Origin: a virus
Taxonomy: Duplodnaviria; Caudoviricetes
Reading direction: 5' to 3' (one strand)
Length of the DNA: 64,000 bases
IMG/VR virus record: IMGVR_UViG_2708742532_000007
Coordinates: 20,528-84,527 of that record
Of the stretch, positions 60,454 to 64,000 are shown one piece after another (the stretch's first letter is position 1; every line of letters begins with the position of its first letter). Below the pieces are notes generated by a model. That model saw only the letters and a program-made list of their open reading frames with translations. It was not told the DNA's origin and did not search any database. A program made the translations under genes and the position numbers.

Positions 60454-61464
60454 ATGGAAGTATTATCAGAAAGAGCGTATATACAAAAAAGATTTGAAAA
60501 AGTCTTTGAAGCTGTCAATTGGAATAAACAATTAGGCTTACATGAGGTCTTTTGGAAACAACAGGTCAAGCAGTTTTGGTTGCCTGAGGAAGTAGCTGTA
60601 TCTAAAGATCTTTTAGGTTGGAAGCAATTTGAGTTTCAAGTAACCTATATGCGAGTTTTAGCAGGGCTTACTTTACTAGATACAATTCAAACTAACGTAG
60701 GTATGAATGAGCTTTCACGCTTTGTTAAGAAACTACAGCAGAAAGCATTGTACTCTTTGTTTGGGGCGTTTGAAGCAATTCATGCTAAATCATACAGCTA
60801 TATCTTTACAACACTTGCAACGAACTCTCAGATTGATGAAGTATTCGAATGGGTTAAGACCAATCCATATCTTCAATATAAAGCGAGTAAGATTGAAGCA
60901 ATTTACTCAGCTATTAAAGAAGATGATGATGTTTCACTATGGAAAGCGCATTTTTCTTCTGTGATGTTAGAATCATTCCTGTTTTACTCAGGGTTCTTCT
61001 ATCCACTTTACTTAGGGGGACATGGGATACTTAAAAATAGTGCTGAGGTTATCTCATTAATCGTCCGTGATGAATCAATTCATGGGGTTGCAGTAGGTTA
61101 CGAAGCTCAGGAAATGTTTAAGACGTTTGATAAAGCAACTCAGGATGAATTAAAGATTTGGGGCTATGAGCTTTTAGCAGACCTTTATATCAATGAGTTA
61201 AAGTACACAGATGATGTGTACGCTGAAACAGGGGTAGGTGGTAAGGTTAAGGCTTATGTGCGCTACAACGCAAACAAAGCTCTAATGAACTTAGGCTTAG
61301 ATACTATGTTCCCTGACGAAGAAGTAGACCCAATTGTTTTGAACGGTATTCGTACTGATTCAGTGACACATGATTTCTTCTCACAAAAGGGCAATAGTTA
61401 TACAATGGCTAATGTTGCACCTATCACTGACGAAACATTCAACTTTAAAGGGTACAATATTTAA
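60454..61464 (+). CDS. nrdF: Class Ib ribonucleotide reductase beta
   Basis: FWLPEE, LTLLDT, EAIHAKSY, LESFLFYSGF, RDESIHG, HDFFS. Confidence 0.97.
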   Translation: MEVLSERAYIQKRFEKVFEAVNWNKQLGLHEVFWKQQVKQFWLPEEVAVSKDLLGWKQFEFQVTYMRVLAGLTLLDTIQTNVGMNELSRFVKKLQQKALYSLFGAFEAIHAKSYSYIFTTLATNSQIDEVFEWVKTNPYLQYKASKIEAIYSAIKEDDDVSLWKAHFSSVMLESFLFYSGFFYPLYLGGHGILKNSAEVISLIVRDESIHGVAVGYEAQEMFKTFDKATQDELKIWGYELLADLYINELKYTDDVYAETGVGGKVKAYVRYNANKALMNLGLDTMFPDEEVDPIVLNGIRTDSVTHDFFSQKGNSYTMANVAPITDETFNFKGYNI

Positions 61465-61617
61465 TTGGCGCTATCAAAAAATAATATAATGATATTAAAT
61501 AGAAAAATATTATTGGCGTTCAATCAAAACGCTGATAACACTAATGCAGAGCTCGAAGCCAACAAAAAGCTTCAAGATAAAATAAAACAACTCATCAAAG
61601 GAGATACAGAATAATCT

Positions 61618-62346
61618 ATGCAGAAGCAATTTGTAAAACCACAGGTTAAAGATATTGTCTTTGACCGTAAGCAAAAATTTGAAGGGCGAGTATCTTATAT
61701 CAACTTCCAAAATAAAACAGCAAAAATTGAAGTCATTGTTGATACAAATAAAGAGCTTCAACAACGTACAACAGAGCTTGTTGAATCCAAGCTGTACGAC
61801 TTAATCGTGTTGGAGAAACATCCTCGTAAAGAGTTTGACAAAAATCGCCATTTTACACTCGTAAAAGAGTTCCAAAGTGCTTTTAATCACCCTGTAGCTG
61901 AGAAGCCAACAGCAATTGGAGCAGAAAGAGGTTTAAAACGTACAATTTGGGTAGGTGAGGAATTAGTTGAGTTCCTACACGCTTGCTCAAAAGACAAAGA
62001 ACAGTTCGCTAAACTTTATTATGCTTTCCTCGAAGGGCTAGGTGAAGCATACAAGAAGTCACTAGCAACTAATTTCATCCAAGATAATACTGAGCGTATT
62101 GTCGCAATGGCAGACGCTCTAATAGACTCAGACTACTTCCTTAAAGGCTCGTTTGTGGAATTAGGTGTACTACCACAACAACTATTCGAAATTGTCCATG
62201 CTTCTAACATGAGCAAGTTGTTTACTGACGAAAATGGTAAAAAGCACCCTAAATATCGCGAGGATGGGAAAGTTCTTAAATCACCTGAGTTCTTCCCACC
62301 TGAACAAAAATTGAAAGAAGAAGTTTTACGTCAAGCTCAAGCTTAA
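61618..62346 (+). CDS. MazG-like all-alpha NTP pyrophosphohydrolase with N-terminal SH3-like domain
   Basis: VKEFQSAF.HP, EELVEF, ADALID, VHASNMSK, REDGKVLKS. Confidence 0.8.
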   Translation: MQKQFVKPQVKDIVFDRKQKFEGRVSYINFQNKTAKIEVIVDTNKELQQRTTELVESKLYDLIVLEKHPRKEFDKNRHFTLVKEFQSAFNHPVAEKPTAIGAERGLKRTIWVGEELVEFLHACSKDKEQFAKLYYAFLEGLGEAYKKSLATNFIQDNTERIVAMADALIDSDYFLKGSFVELGVLPQQLFEIVHASNMSKLFTDENGKKHPKYREDGKVLKSPEFFPPEQKLKEEVLRQAQA

Positions 62347-62393
62347 TGTATTAGCAGGGGGGTACCCTGCAATTTCTCTAAGAGGTAAACGAT

Positions 62394-63041
62394 ATGCAAA
62401 ATTTCTCTAATACAGAGTGGGAAGGCCTAACAGAAGAAGAGGTTTTTCTGTTAAATCGAAGACTAGTTATTACTACAGTTAGAAGAAAGTTTCCTAATAA
62501 TCAATACTTTTGTAAAGCTCATATGCTTGATCTAGATGATTTAGTGCAACTTGGGAACATAGGGTTACTAAATGCAATCAGAACTTTTGAGCCTATTAGA
62601 AAGAGTTCATTTCGAACGTATGCAATCAACTGTATATCATGGTCTATTTCTACCAATGCAAAGAAAGAATCTCTACGCACAGTTAATACTCAATCATATG
62701 ATTTAGCTAATGTTATGAGTGTAGATACACCACTTAATATGAATGGCAATGAGGAAGAAGCGGTAATTTTCCTCAACACCATAGAAGCAAATGAAAATAC
62801 TAGCGAAACTGCAGAAGGTAACTTGTTTCAGCAGCAGGTTATTGAGTTCTTAAAAGCAGATAAAGATATAGATGATGAATTGTTATATATTCTTATTGCT
62901 AGAACAAAAGAGAAAACAATGAGGGAGATTGCCAAACATTTTGACAAGCACCCTAACGCAATCAGTCAACGATTAAAAACTCAGAAAGCTATTCGAGTTA
63001 AAAATCGCTTGAGGAAATTTTTGAAGAATAGAGATTATTAA
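62394..63041 (+). CDS. Phage sigma-70 family sigma factor
   Basis: Region 2 DDLVQLGNIGLLNAIRTF...SFRTYA; region 4 TMREIAKHFDKHPNAISQR. Confidence 0.85.
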   Translation: MQNFSNTEWEGLTEEEVFLLNRRLVITTVRRKFPNNQYFCKAHMLDLDDLVQLGNIGLLNAIRTFEPIRKSSFRTYAINCISWSISTNAKKESLRTVNTQSYDLANVMSVDTPLNMNGNEEEAVIFLNTIEANENTSETAEGNLFQQQVIEFLKADKDIDDELLYILIARTKEKTMREIAKHFDKHPNAISQRLKTQKAIRVKNRLRKFLKNRDY

Positions 63042-64000
63042 TGTACCAAACAGCAGATAAGCAATACAACACAATTATTCAACAAATTCTAGATAATGGT
63101 ATTATGGATAGTCCTGAGCATGTGCGAACTGTCTATGAAGATGGAGAGAAAGCACCTACAAAAGCGATTATCAATGTACAGATGAAATTTGACAATAGTA
63201 TAGATGCTATTGTGTTAACAACAAAACGAGTGCCATTGAAAGACCCAATCAAAGAACTATTTTGGATTTGGCAGAAAATGTCTAACAAAGTCTTTGACCT
63301 ACAGCAAATGGGCTGTCACGTTTGGGATGAATGGGAGCTTAAAGATGGAACAGTCGGAAATGCTTACGGTTGGCAACTTCGCAACAAATACCAGCGAATT
63401 ATAGCTGACAGAACATTCCTAGAGATGGTTCGAAATGGAGAGTTATCTGAGAAGCCTGATGAAGTTCTTTCGGATGAAGAATTTGAGAACGCTGTGGCTT
63501 ACTGTGAGGAATACATAGAGTATGTTGACTTAAATCAAGTGGATTACTTATTGTACATACTTAAAAAGAACCCTCACTCACGTAGAATTAAGACTACTCT
63601 GTGGTGTGTAGAAGACTTACAAGAAATGGCTTTACAACCATGTGTGTATGAAACACATTGGCAACTGTTTGATGGAAAGTTGGCACTTACTGTAAATATC
63701 CGTTCTAATGATATGGCATTAGGTAACCCTTATAACATCTATCAATACTCAATTTTGCACCGATTAATCGCACAGGTGACAGGTCATGAAGTTGGTGAGT
63801 TGTGTATCAACATTGATAACGCACATATCTATGACAGACACTTAGAGACTATCGAGAAGCAGATTAAGGGAGAGTTGCATGAGCCTCCTACAATTTGGAT
63901 TAACCCTGAAGTAAAAAGCTTCTATGACTTCACAGTGAATGATATTAAGGTTCAAGATTACAAACATAATGGTACATTCTCTTACGAAATTGCTATATAA
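63041..64000 (+). CDS. thyA: Thymidylate synthase
   Basis: TTKRV, ELFW, VWDEW, AYGWQ, SRR, ALQPC, RSND, GNPYN, HIYDRH; TAA at 63998-64000. Confidence 0.96.
   Translation: MYQTADKQYNTIIQQILDNGIMDSPEHVRTVYEDGEKAPTKAIINVQMKFDNSIDAIVLTTKRVPLKDPIKELFWIWQKMSNKVFDLQQMGCHVWDEWELKDGTVGNAYGWQLRNKYQRIIADRTFLEMVRNGELSEKPDEVLSDEEFENAVAYCEEYIEYVDLNQVDYLLYILKKNPHSRRIKTTLWCVEDLQEMALQPCVYETHWQLFDGKLALTVNIRSNDMALGNPYNIYQYSILHRLIAQVTGHEVGELCINIDNAHIYDRHLETIEKQIKGELHEPPTIWINPEVKSFYDFTVNDIKVQDYKHNGTFSYEIAI

Larger units (their letters stand above)
1..64000. mobile_element. SPbeta-like (Spbetavirus-related) prophage remnant, partially decayed, extends beyond both window ends
   Basis: Gene content and order parallel the SPbeta yom/yon, yop, yor and nrd clusters; divergent arms meet at about 28.2 kb; many pseudogenes; no host housekeeping context. 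Confidence 0.9.

Noticed and set aside
49680-61464. Introns or inteins in dnaE, nrdE and nrdF as in SPbeta bnrdE/bnrdF
   Set aside because: The ORFs are continuous, of standard length, and lack intein splice motifs or homing endonucleases
60454-61464. Metal-free class Ie NrdF
   Set aside because: The metal-ligating Asp, Glu and His residues are all retained, so it is ordinary class Ib
2290-61495. CRISPR array or iterons from the 19-bp motif
   Set aside because: Copies are dispersed singly rather than regularly spaced, and there are no cas genes
1-64000. Short opposite-strand or alternative-frame ORFs in the track (e.g. 774-965, 5169-5474, 17463-17762, 28345-28614, 32212-32547, 53924-54300)
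   Set aside because: They overlap long, well-supported genes, lack RBSs and show shadow-ORF composition

Overview
The whole window is the interior of one large SPbeta-like (Bacillales, AT-rich) temperate phage region; no host genes or att sites are visible. The left arm (minus strand, about 1-28076) carries a siphophage tail module: receptor-binding/accessory proteins, a PAAR-like tip, a Tal/spike, a split Dit, a 2.3-kaa tape measure with M23 and lysozyme domains, a tyrosine recombinase, the tail tube and a tail terminator. It continues with YonJ/YonK-like genes, a cluster of decayed tRNAs with one intact tRNA-Arg(UCU), HU and a sigma-like regulator. The right arm (plus strand, 28312-64000) carries RecD2, a YopQ/MrpR-like repression module, a complete SPbeta Yor-type replisome (resolvase, SSB, AAA recombinase, loader, DnaB, primase, RecJ, DnaE), a 3D-domain protein, nrdHIEF, an NTP-PPase, a sigma factor and thyA. 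The most striking point is that terminase, portal, scaffold and capsid genes are absent from their conserved syntenic slot (about 260 bp remain) and the head-closure gene is a pseudogene. Small accessory genes and tRNAs are also decaying, while the tail, repressor, replisome and dNTP genes are intact. This suggests a domesticated, headless, possibly self-amplifying phage-tail (tailocin-like) system. An oriented 19-bp motif (AAAAGTAATATAATGATAT) occurs about 20 times in intergenic DNA. Family assignments come from recalled motifs and synteny; no searches were run.
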